A stretch of 47,586 nucleotides of DNA from Candidatus Thorarchaeota archaeon (GCA_038893995.1 JAWAQK010000015.1:1-47586); one strand, 5' to 3'; positions 1 through 10,070 are shown, counted from the first letter of the stretch. Notes: generated by a model not told the origin, from the sequence alone. A program made the numbers and translations.

Positions 1-93
1 GAGATGACGCTTGACCTCAGGTGGAGCAATATCATAGGACCTCCGTAGGCGGGCTCCTGCCAGATTGTCAGGCGAGTATAGTCTTGGAGACAA
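1..93 (-). CDS. N-terminal fragment of an unidentified protein running off the left edge
   Basis: Read by hand: minus-strand GGAGGTGA SD, then TTG at 93 and an open frame (MSPRLYSPDNLAGARLRRSYDIAPPEVKRHL) to the window edge. Confidence 0.5.
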   Translation of the reverse strand, partial: MSPRLYSPDNLAGARLRRSYDIAPPEVKRHL

Positions 94-323
94 CCTCGAG
101 TCACCTCCGCATGAGCTCGGTTGATTTGACGCGATATTTGGTGCACGAGCAGAGTGTTGGTTCGTATATATCGAACACTTTCATCAGGTCCACAGGCCAC
201 TTCAGACTGTCGAGGACCCTAGAACAAGAGACCGAGGGTAGATGTGCCCTCACGCCTTCAGGCCCCAGGGTTGTAGGTCCAGCCGCACGGAGGATGATTC
301 CTCGATCCTAGCCAGGTCTTACG

Positions 324-560
324 CTACTCGTATGCAGCGCAGACATTCGTGACAGTGTCTCTCACTCCCTCTATCTTTCTGAGTGTATCAACAACGAAAG
401 AGCTGAGGGCCTCCGGAGTATCGAATACGCCCTTGATGAGAAGGTCGTATGCACCGTAGATGAGATAGGCCTCCTCAACATTCTCGAGGCTCTTCACGTG
501 GGACAGTATCTCGCGGGAGCGAACAGAGTCTACCTTTGCCATTATGAAGGCGACTATCAC
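324..560 (-). CDS. Stand-alone Lrp/AsnC ligand-binding (RAM) domain protein
   Basis: MIVAFIMAKV...VEEAYLIYGAYDLLIK...LRKIEGVRDTVT matches the Lrp/AsnC C-terminal domain pattern; start moved from 659 to the GTG at 560. Confidence 0.85.
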   Translation of the reverse strand: MIVAFIMAKVDSVRSREILSHVKSLENVEEAYLIYGAYDLLIKGVFDTPEALSSFVVDTLRKIEGVRDTVTNVCAAYE

Positions 561-704
561 CAGAAACACCCTGCAATCCGTACAATGACTGCGAATAAAA
601 CTCTTGTCGCTGTCGAGATAGGAGGCTGCCCAGCGAACAGACAGACGAGGACCAGTCATGGTTCAGGGTCGCGACAGTTCCGACCCAACTTCAGCAGGAT
701 CCTA

Positions 705-1649
705 TCACGGTCTGATTGTGATCTTTAGGCTCTGGGCGAGGTCCTTGTACCGGTTCCTTACCGTGACCTCAGTCACATTGGATGCCTCAGCTATCTCTCT
801 CTGCGTGCGTCGCTCGTTCTCAATTATTCCCGCAATGTACAGTGCCGCAGCAGCCAGACCGCCCGGGTCCTTTCCTGCTGTCAGACCGCGTCTCCTGGCC
901 TCTGCTATTATCTCCATTGCACAGCGCACGGTCTTACCGCTCAGAGACAGGTCAGCCGATATCCTTGGCATTAGATCGTTTGCAGATGGGATGGGGACCT
1001 TGATTGGGACGTTTCGGAGCACCAGCCTCACGCACTGTCCGAGTTCCTTCCTGTTGACCTTTGCCTCCTGAACTATCTCATCGAGCTGGCGGGGGATCTT
1101 GTGTATTCGACAAGAGAGGTAGATCGTGGCTGCAACCATCCCCTCAATGCTGCGTCCACGCACGAGTCTTCTTCCGAGTGCCTTCCGATAGATGAGCGCG
1201 GCTGTCTCCTTCGTCTCGCCTGGTATTCCAAGCTGTGATGTCAGACGATCCATCTCGCTCAGCGCAATACTCAGGTTCCTGTGCTGAGAGTTGTGGACAA
1301 GGGTCCTGATCTGCCACTTCCTCATGCGATATATGGCTGCACGGCTATTGGCTGCAATCACACGACCGTTGGCGTCCCGGTCGCTCCAACCGATGGTCGT
1401 TGCTAGACCCTTGTCAGCCATGGTGAGTGTTATGGGAGAGCCGGTCCTGGCGCGGGCCTCACGTTCTTCTGCAGTGAATGCTCTCCACTCGGGGCCGACG
1501 TCAAGAACATGATCGCTGATCACACAACCACACGAGGTGCATGTTGTCTCACCGCGTGTACTGTCTTCGTGGAACTCTGTACCACCACAGATGGAGCACA
1601 CCATGACTGGGATGTGACGCTCCATTGTGGCCCTGTCTGTCCTTGCCAT
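705..1649 (-). CDS. tfb: Transcription initiation factor IIB (TFB), paralogue 1
   Basis: Zn ribbon CSICGG...CTSCG, GPEWRAF B-reader, two cyclin repeats, C-terminal VTEVTVRNRYK; ATG at 1649 follows an AGGTGA SD. Confidence 0.97.
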   Translation of the reverse strand: MARTDRATMERHIPVMVCSICGGTEFHEDSTRGETTCTSCGCVISDHVLDVGPEWRAFTAEEREARARTGSPITLTMADKGLATTIGWSDRDANGRVIAANSRAAIYRMRKWQIRTLVHNSQHRNLSIALSEMDRLTSQLGIPGETKETAALIYRKALGRRLVRGRSIEGMVAATIYLSCRIHKIPRQLDEIVQEAKVNRKELGQCVRLVLRNVPIKVPIPSANDLMPRISADLSLSGKTVRCAMEIIAEARRRGLTAGKDPGGLAAAALYIAGIIENERRTQREIAEASNVTEVTVRNRYKDLAQSLKITIRP

Positions 1650-1758
1650 TGCACTCACCTTTCTTACCCGTCCGGCACACGGGCAGCTGTCGCCCTACAG
1701 GAGGAGAATAGAATCTCATCTCGGACGGAGATTAGTGCAAACCGCGAGCATAAGGTGC

Positions 1759-1764
1759 TTATAA
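1759..1764 (-). promoter_or_regulatory. Putative TATA box (TTATAA) of tfb, within the inverted repeat TGCTTA-N6-TAAGCA
   Basis: AT-rich palindromic box ~110 nt upstream of the tfb start; inverted repeat at 1756-1773. Confidence 0.5.
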
Positions 1765-1804
1765 GCTTAAGCATCTGTGAAACATTGTATTAACATAGAA
1801 TAGT

Positions 1805-1845
1805 GGTGATGACCCGAACTCTTCAGCCAAGTCCAGGCCATCACC
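1805..1845 (-). terminator. 16-bp RNA hairpin in the 3' UTR of the 1888-2466 gene (terminator or stability element)
   Basis: GGUGAUGGCCUGGACU-9nt-AGUUCGGGUCAUCACC pairs fully only on the minus strand (three G-U pairs). Confidence 0.5.
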
Positions 1846-1887
1846 TGATTCAGTATCCAGGACCGTGAAGTCTCTTCATCTGCCGGA

Positions 1888-2466
1888 TCAAGCCTTGGCG
1901 TCGAGACATGACCACTCCCGGACGACCTGCTCAGGAATTATGTGAATGCTCTCGTAGTACGTTTCTCCGCTCTCGAGGACAGTCTTTGTGAGGGCAACTT
2001 TCAGAAGGCCATTGCTCCTACCCAGGAGGTATCCTGCAAGATACTGAACGGGGACCTCCTGCTTGTCGGCCTCATCCATGCTCATTGCGCAACACTCAAG
2101 ACCAGGACTCTGAAAGCTCACCTCGATGATTGGGTGTTGCTCACACTGGTCACTACGGACGAGCCACCTGATCTTCCCGCCATCGCTTTCGTCGCCTGTG
2201 AATCTCTGGACTGCAGAGATATCGTAGTGATGCGGTTCACCGGTCAGCTTGTGGATTGACGGGGCGAGATAGAGCATCTTCTCGTGCAATTCAGACACGG
2301 AGTCACCAGAGTCTATGTACCTCTTGTCAGAGCCCTCACCGACCACATAGCGAATGTGGTAGTGCTTTGCATTCACCAGCTTCTCTTGATCATTTTCCTT
2401 GACCTTTACCTTGCCGTCACCGTAGACCTCTACTGGAGAGAATGGGTTAGCTGTCACATTTGTCAT
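1888..2466 (-). CDS. Hypothetical protein
   Basis: 192-aa ORF with normal composition, GGTGA SD and AT-rich upstream region. Confidence 0.75.
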   Translation of the reverse strand: MTNVTANPFSPVEVYGDGKVKVKENDQEKLVNAKHYHIRYVVGEGSDKRYIDSGDSVSELHEKMLYLAPSIHKLTGEPHHYDISAVQRFTGDESDGGKIRWLVRSDQCEQHPIIEVSFQSPGLECCAMSMDEADKQEVPVQYLAGYLLGRSNGLLKVALTKTVLESGETYYESIHIIPEQVVREWSCLDAKA

Positions 2467-2566
2467 GAATCGTTCACCATCGTTAATTAACTATAGATAA
2501 CAAGCACAATATTAGTTATTAAGCTTTGTGTTGGGTGAAATGAGGAACTCGCGTCTGCAGGACCAC

Positions 2567-3016
2567 TCACTCGTCCTCGTTCACAACAATCTTCGACAGA
2601 TGTCGCGCCCTCTTGATTGCTGCTGACGACACGTGGTGGACCTTTCCCCTCTCAATCACGATGTGTTCGGTTTCCAGCTCAGGTGCGAAATGTACCTTGA
2701 CGTCTTCTACCATGTGATGAAGCTGCGTGCAGTGAGGACTGCCATCGATCGTGAGGACCCTCACAGCTTCAATCCCTGCATACTTCACCATTGAGGCAAG
2801 CTTGTATCCGGCCATGTTCATGTGGGTTTCCTCAAGACATACTGTCAGCGTGATGTGCTCACCCCCGTCAGCACGACACTGCTCCAGCACTCCAGGAAAC
2901 CGAGTTGGTACGCAGGAGCCCACAAGAAGGATCCTCCTGTTCCTTCGGAGCCGTTCATCACCGACATTCGTGCACATGAGGCCGGAACAGTCGCCGCAGT
3001 GTATCATCACTACCAC
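2567..3016 (-). CDS. Cys-rich putative Fe-S/metal-binding protein
   Basis: CGDC..LMC, LLVGSC, VCLEETH and DGSPHC motifs; overlaps the end of the upstream gene. Confidence 0.75.
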   Translation of the reverse strand: MVVMIHCGDCSGLMCTNVGDERLRRNRRILLVGSCVPTRFPGVLEQCRADGGEHITLTVCLEETHMNMAGYKLASMVKYAGIEAVRVLTIDGSPHCTQLHHMVEDVKVHFAPELETEHIVIERGKVHHVSSAAIKRARHLSKIVVNEDE

Positions 3017-3948
3017 TTCCTTCTCACCGGGGGTCTGGAGGTTTCACCAGGTTCGTCCTGAGGTCTCTGCTCGAGAAGAGTGGGCGCCACCTGTGCAATC
3101 AGGTCCCCCTCGAAGATATAGCTCAGAGCCCTCATGATGACCACCGCCCCATCACACGGAGACACCACAGGCTTTGTTTCCTGTACATGGCCCAGCACGT
3201 TTCCAGCAGACACGACCTCACCAACATTCAGAACGGGGACGAAGAAACCCTCCTGTTCAGCATACACCGGCTTCTGCCTTGCCATGAGAACGGGGGACGT
3301 GTCTATCCGGCTGCCCGGCACCATGTCTTGAGTCCTGAGAAAGTTGACTATCGCCTCCCGTACCTCTACGGCAGCCTGTGGCTCAACGTTCTCACGTCCG
3401 CCCCTCATGATGATCGAGATAGCGGGAATTCCCTCATGAGCTGCTTCTACCGAGAGAGATCCACGCTCGGGAGGTGCATCAACAACGAGTGGTAGTGCCA
3501 TTTGACAGGCCAGATTCCTCACGTGAATATACTGCCTGTGCATACAGACGACGTGGCTGATACAGGGACTCACCGATCCACAGAGATGAATGACATAGTC
3601 AGCGCCAGTGGACCTCTTCCATATCTCCCTGGCGAGTCGTTCAGTGACGGTCCCCGTATCACTGCCAGGGAAGACACTGTCGAGGTCCTTGGAGTCAAGA
3701 GGGGATGTCCGCATGCCTAACCTGAATGCAAGCGGGTTGGCAACGGGCAGCACGCTGACGCTACCGTCAATCCTCTCGAGACCATCGAGATACTTCATCA
3801 GCAGATAGCTTGTATAGACATCAGTCGCGCAATCTCCATGCATTCCTGACAGGACGAACACTTCAGGCTTATCGTCACCGTACTCGTAGAATCCCAGTGT
3901 GCTTCCTGTCTTCACATCAATGTCTATCGCAGTGACCCTCGGCTTCAT
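3010..3948 (-). CDS. Succinylglutamate desuccinylase/aspartoacylase (M14)-family protein with a degenerate active site
   Basis: SGMHGD, LPVANPLAF, DLDSVFPG...GTVTERLA, GIPAI and a C-terminal biotinyl-like barrel (SPCDG). Confidence 0.85.
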   Translation of the reverse strand: MKPRVTAIDIDVKTGSTLGFYEYGDDKPEVFVLSGMHGDCATDVYTSYLLMKYLDGLERIDGSVSVLPVANPLAFRLGMRTSPLDSKDLDSVFPGSDTGTVTERLAREIWKRSTGADYVIHLCGSVSPCISHVVCMHRQYIHVRNLACQMALPLVVDAPPERGSLSVEAAHEGIPAISIIMRGGRENVEPQAAVEVREAIVNFLRTQDMVPGSRIDTSPVLMARQKPVYAEQEGFFVPVLNVGEVVSAGNVLGHVQETKPVVSPCDGAVVIMRALSYIFEGDLIAQVAPTLLEQRPQDEPGETSRPPVRRKW

Positions 3949-3998
3949 GACTGCAGTTCCTGTCAGTCATCCCAACCCATCTAATAAGAAGCGGTGTA

Positions 3999-4709
3999 TC
4001 ACACGTCTCTGGTACGAGTCACAGTTTCACAGTTGAACAGATAGATGTCCGTCTTGAAGTTTCCTCCTAGAATGCTGTCGTGCCTGCCAATCGCGTAGGA
4101 AGAGTTCACTCGAATGTGCGGCTTTTCGAGAAGTTCGGGATGACCACAGACAGCCGTCTCTCCAATCCAGGCAAGTGGCAGACCCCTCGCCACAATATCA
4201 AGTCCCACCACCGACAGATGGGGCTCCCATGAGATTATCACAAATGAGGGACTCAGTAAGTCAACTGCCTCAATCGCATCCATCGTACGTACCCACTTTG
4301 GATAGCAGATCCTGTACCCGTCGGACTTTGAATCAGTGGCGATTATCTCCCGTGTCAGCAGAGGTCGAAGGAACTCTGACAGCTCGCCGCCTCCGCTCAT
4401 CACTTCAAGTACGGGGCCAGGCGAGTCAACAACAGCGAGCACTGCATTGATCATAGATGCAAGCTGACTAACAAACTCCTGACTGAGTACCTGAAAGATC
4501 AGTCTATGACCACTGTTGGCGCCACCAAAGTACTCCTTCAGAAGACCCGACAATTCAACTGCGGACAGTAGTTTTCGTGCCTGCTCAAATGGCATCAGCC
4601 GGGAGTGGACATCCACGAAAATGCCTGCCTCAAACATCCAGTCCTCTGCCATGAGGCGACGCCAGTCGGGTCTCTTTTCATACTGCCGTTTCAGGAATGG
4701 TGGCTTCAT
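3999..4709 (-). CDS. Hypothetical protein with a class I SAM-methyltransferase-like motif
   Basis: VLEVMSGGGELS motif I-like segment followed by IIATD; 1-nt overlap with the upstream methyltransferase. Confidence 0.65.
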   Translation of the reverse strand: MKPPFLKRQYEKRPDWRRLMAEDWMFEAGIFVDVHSRLMPFEQARKLLSAVELSGLLKEYFGGANSGHRLIFQVLSQEFVSQLASMINAVLAVVDSPGPVLEVMSGGGELSEFLRPLLTREIIATDSKSDGYRICYPKWVRTMDAIEAVDLLSPSFVIISWEPHLSVVGLDIVARGLPLAWIGETAVCGHPELLEKPHIRVNSSYAIGRHDSILGGNFKTDIYLFNCETVTRTRDV

Positions 4710-5557
4710 CAGGGTTTCCTGGCAACGACTCCGAGAGTGTCCACATCTCGGCGGATGTCAACAAATCCGACACTCCTGAGTCGATTCATCACCCCCTTCT
4801 GCACATCCGTGCTCCTGAACCTGCTACCCGGACTACCCACGTAGTGGAACAGGACCCCAGAAGGTTTCAGGACCCTCCTGATCTCAGAGTAGAACTCGAT
4901 TCTATACAGGGACGGCGCATGGCCAAAACGAGGAGGATCATGAAGGACCGCGCAGAACCGTTCATCCTCGAGCCTTGCCACCTCCTCGACCGCATCACCC
5001 ACGACTATACTTACCCGGTCATCGTCAAACAGCTTTCTGGACCATGGATTGAGTCGTGCTAGACTCATGACATTGGGGTCCCGCTCGATTGTCACGACTC
5101 TCTGCACTCCACGTTCGATGCACGCCAGGGCAGAGTAGCCGAGACCCGTACATATGTCGAGTACGTCTGAGCAGTGAGCGGGGATGTGCCTTGCCTTCAA
5201 CCTCGCGTCGCCGAGCGGGTCAATGTCCTTGATCCGGTGCATCAGGACTCCGTCTATCATCAGGGCAGGAGGATGGTCGGGACCGGTGGGAAATAGCTTG
5301 TAGAAATGTTCCCCGCGTATTGCGGCCATGAAGACGCCATCTGGTGTCTTGAAGTAAATTGAGTCGCTGTCCTCAGATATCTGCCTGAGTTGATCCACTG
5401 TGATGCCACAGGTCCGGACCCGCAATCGTTCTCTCGTGAGACCAAGGTCGAGTGATATCTCGACTTCGTCAAGGCCTGTCTCGAGTGCCTCAAGTATCAC
5501 ACGTGCAGTATGAGAAACAATGAACATCCTTGGCCCACCACAGAACACCGCGTGCAC
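4709..5557 (-). CDS. Class I SAM-dependent methyltransferase (archaeal COG2521-like)
   Basis: IDGVLMHR, VLDICTGLGYSA, LNPWS, HDPPRF; true start may be the ATG at 5527. Confidence 0.9.
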   Translation of the reverse strand: MHAVFCGGPRMFIVSHTARVILEALETGLDEVEISLDLGLTRERLRVRTCGITVDQLRQISEDSDSIYFKTPDGVFMAAIRGEHFYKLFPTGPDHPPALMIDGVLMHRIKDIDPLGDARLKARHIPAHCSDVLDICTGLGYSALACIERGVQRVVTIERDPNVMSLARLNPWSRKLFDDDRVSIVVGDAVEEVARLEDERFCAVLHDPPRFGHAPSLYRIEFYSEIRRVLKPSGVLFHYVGSPGSRFRSTDVQKGVMNRLRSVGFVDIRRDVDTLGVVARKP

Positions 5558-5802
5558 GAAGTCTATGAACTCGACGCTTCTATCTTCAGAGGCAGCCTAG
5601 TGAGTGTCGCCGACTGAGAATACAAGAGCTCCCTCCAAGACATGCGAACTTGGGACCAAATCGTTTATTAGCATCAGCGGCGAGCAGTGCTTGGAGTGCA
5701 CAGGATGGATCGCGTTCTCTGACGAGCATCACTCATTCTGCGAGCCCTTTATAGCGTGTTCTAGTATCCTGCTGACTCCGTCTCTCATCTCGTATCAGAA
5801 GG

Positions 5803-8718
5803 ATGAAGATGATCATGAGTGAACTCCATAGAATAGAAACCAAATGGCAAAGACGGTGGCGCAGAGACAGGGTATTTGAGGCGGATCCGGATCCGTCTAG
5901 ACCCAAGTTCTTCCTGACAGTACCATACCCCTATACAAATGGCGCCCTTCATGTAGGTCATGGGCGCACGTACACAGTTGGGGATCTGATCGCACGTTAT
6001 AAGAGAATGCGGGGCTATAACGTACTCTTTCCGATGGCTTCACACATGACGGGGACCCCGATACAGGGCATGGTAGAGAGACTGAAGGCGGGAGACAGAG
6101 ATGCAATCGAGCTGTACAAGCGGGATCTCCGAGTGTATCTGAAGACTGAAGAGGAAGTCAATGCACAACTGGCGAAGTTCACGGACCCGTGGGTGACTGC
6201 AAGGTTCTTCGCAGACGCCATCTCGTCTGACTTCAATGCACTAGGATATAGCATCGACTGGAGGAGACGATTCACAACTGGAGATGGGATATACAACAAG
6301 TTCATCGAGTGGCAGTACGGAAAGTTCAAGGAAAAGGGGTACATAAGGCAGGGAAACTATCCGCTCCTGTATTGCCCCAGGGACAAGAATCCAGTCGGGG
6401 AGGATGATCTGCTTGAGGGGAGTTCTGCAAAGATCAAGGAGTTCACGGCCATAAAGTTTGGGTTCGAAGATGGATATATCGTTCCTGCAACTCTGAGACC
6501 TGAGACCATCTTCGGTGTGACGAACATGTGGGTTAACCCGTCTGCGGACTATGTCTGGGCCAAGGTCAACGGAGAGAAGTGGGTCGTCTCAGAGGCTGCA
6601 GTCGAGAAGCTGAGGCTACAGGCCAAGAATGTGGAGGTGATCGAGAGATTCAAGGGATCCAGACTAGTCAACAAGAGGTTCAGGGCAGTCCATGACGAAC
6701 ACGAGGGACTGATCCTGCCCGCGGACTTTGTCGATCCCAACAATGCCACGGGTGTGGTCTACTCGGTCCCTGCACACGCACCGTTTGACTATGTCGCACT
6801 TCGTGACCTGTGGGAGGACCCAACAAGTTTGGCTCAATATGGCATCACCCCCGAGGATATTAGAGGAATATTACCAATAGGAATAATCGACATCAAGGGA
6901 TATGGCGAGTTTCCCGCAAAGGAGGAGGTAGAGAAGAGGGGAATAAGGAGTCAACACGAGGTCCAGGCCCTTGAGGAGGCAACTCAGGAGATCTACAAGG
7001 CCGAGTTTTACGGGGGCGTCATGAAGAACAACTGTGGCGAGTTTGCGGGTAGACCTATAAGAGATGCGAAGGATGAAGTCGTGTCGTGGATGAGGTCGAA
7101 TGGTCGTTGTGACGTATTCTACGAGCCTGACATCAGACCCGTAATCTGCAAGTGCGGTGCCGAGGTCCAAGTGGGCGTGTTTGCGGGTCAGTGGTTCCTC
7201 GACTATCAGAGCCCAGGATGGAAAGACCTGGCACGTAGGGCACTTGACTCGATGACCATAGTTCCCGATGTGTACAGGCGGCTCTTCGAGGCAACATTTG
7301 ACTGGCTCACACAGAGACCATGTGCGAGGAAGAGGGGCATCGGCACACGCTTGCCATTCGATCCAGACTGGATAATAGAGTCACTCTCAGACTCTACTAT
7401 CTACATGGCGTTCTACACTATTGCCCACATAATCACTGCAAATCGGATCAAGCCAGAGAATCTGGTACCTGAGGTATTCGACTTCGTATTTCTCGACAAG
7501 GGCAAGGTGGAGGACGTTGCGACTGCATCGGGAATCAGTGCAGACATACTGAGGGCCATGCACGATGAGTTCGCGTACTGGTACCCGAATGACCAGCGTC
7601 ACACTGCACCGTCACATATCTCGAATCATCTCAGTTTTGCCATATTCCACCACGTGGCGATCTTCCCAGAGAGACACTGGCTGAGGTGCATCAGTCTGAA
7701 CGAACATGTCAACATGGAAGGGGCCAAGATGAGCAAGAGCAAGGGAAACACCATTCCCCTTGCGGAGATTCCGGTGAAGTATGGCGCCGATGTGTATCGC
7801 ACCTACACACTCTCAGCAGCCGAACCAGGTACATTGATGGACTGGCGTGAGAAGGAGATACCCACTGTACGAACCAGACTACAACAGTTCTTCGATACAG
7901 TCCTGAAATACGGTAGAAAGACGCCAAGGGTATATCGCGAGTCGGATCGACCCACATTGGCGACCAGATGGATCCTGTCAAGGGTGAACTCAATCATTGA
8001 GGCCTGCACTGACTGTATTGAGAGGTTCAAGATCCGAGACTATGCCATCCTCGCATCCTCCGAGATGGAGCGCACCATCAGCCGGTACCTCAGGATGGGC
8101 GACGTGCCACGTCAGGAGAGAGATGGGACGATGGCGTATGTCTGTGACATATGGGTCAGACTGATGGCACCCATGACACCTCATCTGTCAGAGGAGCTCT
8201 GGTCAAGGATGAAACGAGAGGGATACGTCTCCCTTGCCCGTTGGCCAGAGGCGGACAAGTCCCTCATAGACACGAGAATTGAGATCGCCCAGAATGTTGT
8301 TGACTCAACCATTGGTGACGTCCGAGAGATAGTGAGGCTCCTCAGGAACAAGAGTGTGAGCAGGGTACATCTCTATGTGGCCCCGCAGTGGATGTTTGAT
8401 GCAATGAATAGCATCCGTGATGCGCAGCTGCCACTGGTTATGAGCTCTATCATGAAACACCTGATGAGCCAGTCAAAGTTCCGCGAACATGGTAAGGAGC
8501 TTAGTAGGATAGTCGAGAGGATAGCCAAGGAGAACGGTCTCTGGCCATATTCTGAGAACGCGGAGCTTGAACTCGAAACGATGAGAAACGCTTCAGGCTA
8601 CATGTCCTCACAACTCGGTTTCGAAGTGATCGTACATAGTGCCGAGTCACCCGAGTACGATCCTCAGGGCAAGTCGGCGTTGGCCCTGCCAGGGCGGGTG
8701 TCTGTCCTGCTCGAATAG
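5803..8718 (+). CDS. leuS: Leucine--tRNA ligase (archaeal/eukaryotic type)
   Basis: PYPYTNGALHVGH, ATLRPET editing domain, WIIESLSDSTIY, KMSKS. Confidence 0.98.
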   Translation: MKMIMSELHRIETKWQRRWRRDRVFEADPDPSRPKFFLTVPYPYTNGALHVGHGRTYTVGDLIARYKRMRGYNVLFPMASHMTGTPIQGMVERLKAGDRDAIELYKRDLRVYLKTEEEVNAQLAKFTDPWVTARFFADAISSDFNALGYSIDWRRRFTTGDGIYNKFIEWQYGKFKEKGYIRQGNYPLLYCPRDKNPVGEDDLLEGSSAKIKEFTAIKFGFEDGYIVPATLRPETIFGVTNMWVNPSADYVWAKVNGEKWVVSEAAVEKLRLQAKNVEVIERFKGSRLVNKRFRAVHDEHEGLILPADFVDPNNATGVVYSVPAHAPFDYVALRDLWEDPTSLAQYGITPEDIRGILPIGIIDIKGYGEFPAKEEVEKRGIRSQHEVQALEEATQEIYKAEFYGGVMKNNCGEFAGRPIRDAKDEVVSWMRSNGRCDVFYEPDIRPVICKCGAEVQVGVFAGQWFLDYQSPGWKDLARRALDSMTIVPDVYRRLFEATFDWLTQRPCARKRGIGTRLPFDPDWIIESLSDSTIYMAFYTIAHIITANRIKPENLVPEVFDFVFLDKGKVEDVATASGISADILRAMHDEFAYWYPNDQRHTAPSHISNHLSFAIFHHVAIFPERHWLRCISLNEHVNMEGAKMSKSKGNTIPLAEIPVKYGADVYRTYTLSAAEPGTLMDWREKEIPTVRTRLQQFFDTVLKYGRKTPRVYRESDRPTLATRWILSRVNSIIEACTDCIERFKIRDYAILASSEMERTISRYLRMGDVPRQERDGTMAYVCDIWVRLMAPMTPHLSEELWSRMKREGYVSLARWPEADKSLIDTRIEIAQNVVDSTIGDVREIVRLLRNKSVSRVHLYVAPQWMFDAMNSIRDAQLPLVMSSIMKHLMSQSKFREHGKELSRIVERIAKENGLWPYSENAELELETMRNASGYMSSQLGFEVIVHSAESPEYDPQGKSALALPGRVSVLLE

Positions 8719-8776
8719 GGGCACGGTACCCCCCTGACCCAACCATCGGTACCAGTGACAGCATTGACCAGGAAAG

Positions 8777-9424
8777 CTACTGTAGATACTTGGCAATGAT
8801 AGAGTGGGTCTCTTTCTTCCATTCCACCGACTTCTTTGCCAGTTCAGTGGCCACATCACCAGGAAGTGGTTCATCTCTCGGCAGTCGCTCGACGACTGAG
8901 AGCCAGCTTCCTGTGCTGAGGCTTGAGGCCGTCGCAGCTTGTCCCTCGATGGCCTTGATCAGCATCTCTCTTCCATGAGCGACCTGATAGTAGACTTCAC
9001 TGGCGGGGGCCTTCTTGAGTACGGCATGGACTGTTCGGTCCCAGCAAATCTTGGAGATGAGTGCATATCGCAACCGCAATCGGTCCTCGTCGTTCAGTGC
9101 AGTGTACCTGTCAATTGCTCTCTTGATATTCTCACTGAGTTCAGCAATGTAACTCTCAGCCAGTGCACTGTCAGCCATATGCAGTGTGACTATCGCGACC
9201 TTGGCGTCTTGGTCAATACCTATGTCGACCTGTGCGTGACTTCCACCAATGTTCACTGAGAAACGTGCTGTCCCACTAAAGGACCGGCTCTCGGGTTCAC
9301 TGTATTCATCCAATAGGACACCCGGTCTAGAGGAAACCGCATACCACACGACCTTGAAGACAACAGAAGGCTCTAGGCTCTGAAAGCCGATCTGCCTCGA
9401 GACCTTCAAGCTCTCATCCGTCAT
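8777..9424 (-). CDS. Hypothetical protein
   Basis: 215-aa ORF with alpha/beta N-half and helical C-half; upstream TTTAA box. Confidence 0.75.
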   Translation of the reverse strand: MTDESLKVSRQIGFQSLEPSVVFKVVWYAVSSRPGVLLDEYSEPESRSFSGTARFSVNIGGSHAQVDIGIDQDAKVAIVTLHMADSALAESYIAELSENIKRAIDRYTALNDEDRLRLRYALISKICWDRTVHAVLKKAPASEVYYQVAHGREMLIKAIEGQAATASSLSTGSWLSVVERLPRDEPLPGDVATELAKKSVEWKKETHSIIAKYLQ

Positions 9425-9585
9425 CTCCAGTTCGGATCCTCGCTCAGCAACTCGTGAACATCCAGTCAGACTGACAGACTTAAAGAGTTTGGGGGTAGCA
9501 ATCCCAGTAGGCAGGGTACGGACGTGTCATCAGTCCGGTCTGGAATGTAGAGTGGTTTATCGGGAGACTGGAGAAATAGAAGAGT

Positions 9586-9987
9586 ATGGTTTCCAGGTCG
9601 CTTGAGAAGATGATGTTGATCGCCATTGGCTTGAGCACAGTGGTCATCGTCGCAGCGCCCATATTGCTATACTCGATGGGCATACTGAGCACCGCGTCCC
9701 GACTTGAAACAGCGAGAGAATTCGCAGTGAAGGTTCACGAGTATGTGACTCTCGTAGATAGCGGCGAGAGCTCCTCCGTACTCACACAGCTGATCGTGCC
9801 CACAGATGTCAAGGTGAGTTCAGTCGGTAAAACCCTGATCATTACATTCGAGCCACAGGGAGCAGTAGGTACGACGTGGTCAAAGGACTACAGTACCGGA
9901 ATCGTCCTGATTGGGCCAGATGATCCAGGAGTCTACCTACTCAGAGTATGGCGCAATGACTTGGCGTTGTACGTTGAGTTTTCGTGA
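9586..9987 (+). CDS. Hypothetical N-terminally anchored protein, pilin-like
   Basis: SLE followed by a ~25-aa hydrophobic helix and a beta-rich C-terminal part. Confidence 0.7.
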   Translation: MVSRSLEKMMLIAIGLSTVVIVAAPILLYSMGILSTASRLETAREFAVKVHEYVTLVDSGESSSVLTQLIVPTDVKVSSVGKTLIITFEPQGAVGTTWSKDYSTGIVLIGPDDPGVYLLRVWRNDLALYVEFS

Positions 9988-10070
9988 GTCAACGGCCATA
10001 CTAACACAACGTTTAAAATGACGCCCCTAGGACAGGGCGGTCAAATCCCGTCTGGTGAGGACTGCAACAG

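Noticed and set aside
21-311. 96-aa plus-strand ORF
   Set aside because: No motif or SD; conflicts with a better supported minus-strand start at 93
1806-1848. Plus-strand C/D box sRNA (GTGATGA...CTGA)
   Set aside because: No internal D'/C' boxes, and the box sequences are explained by a hairpin that pairs better on the minus strand
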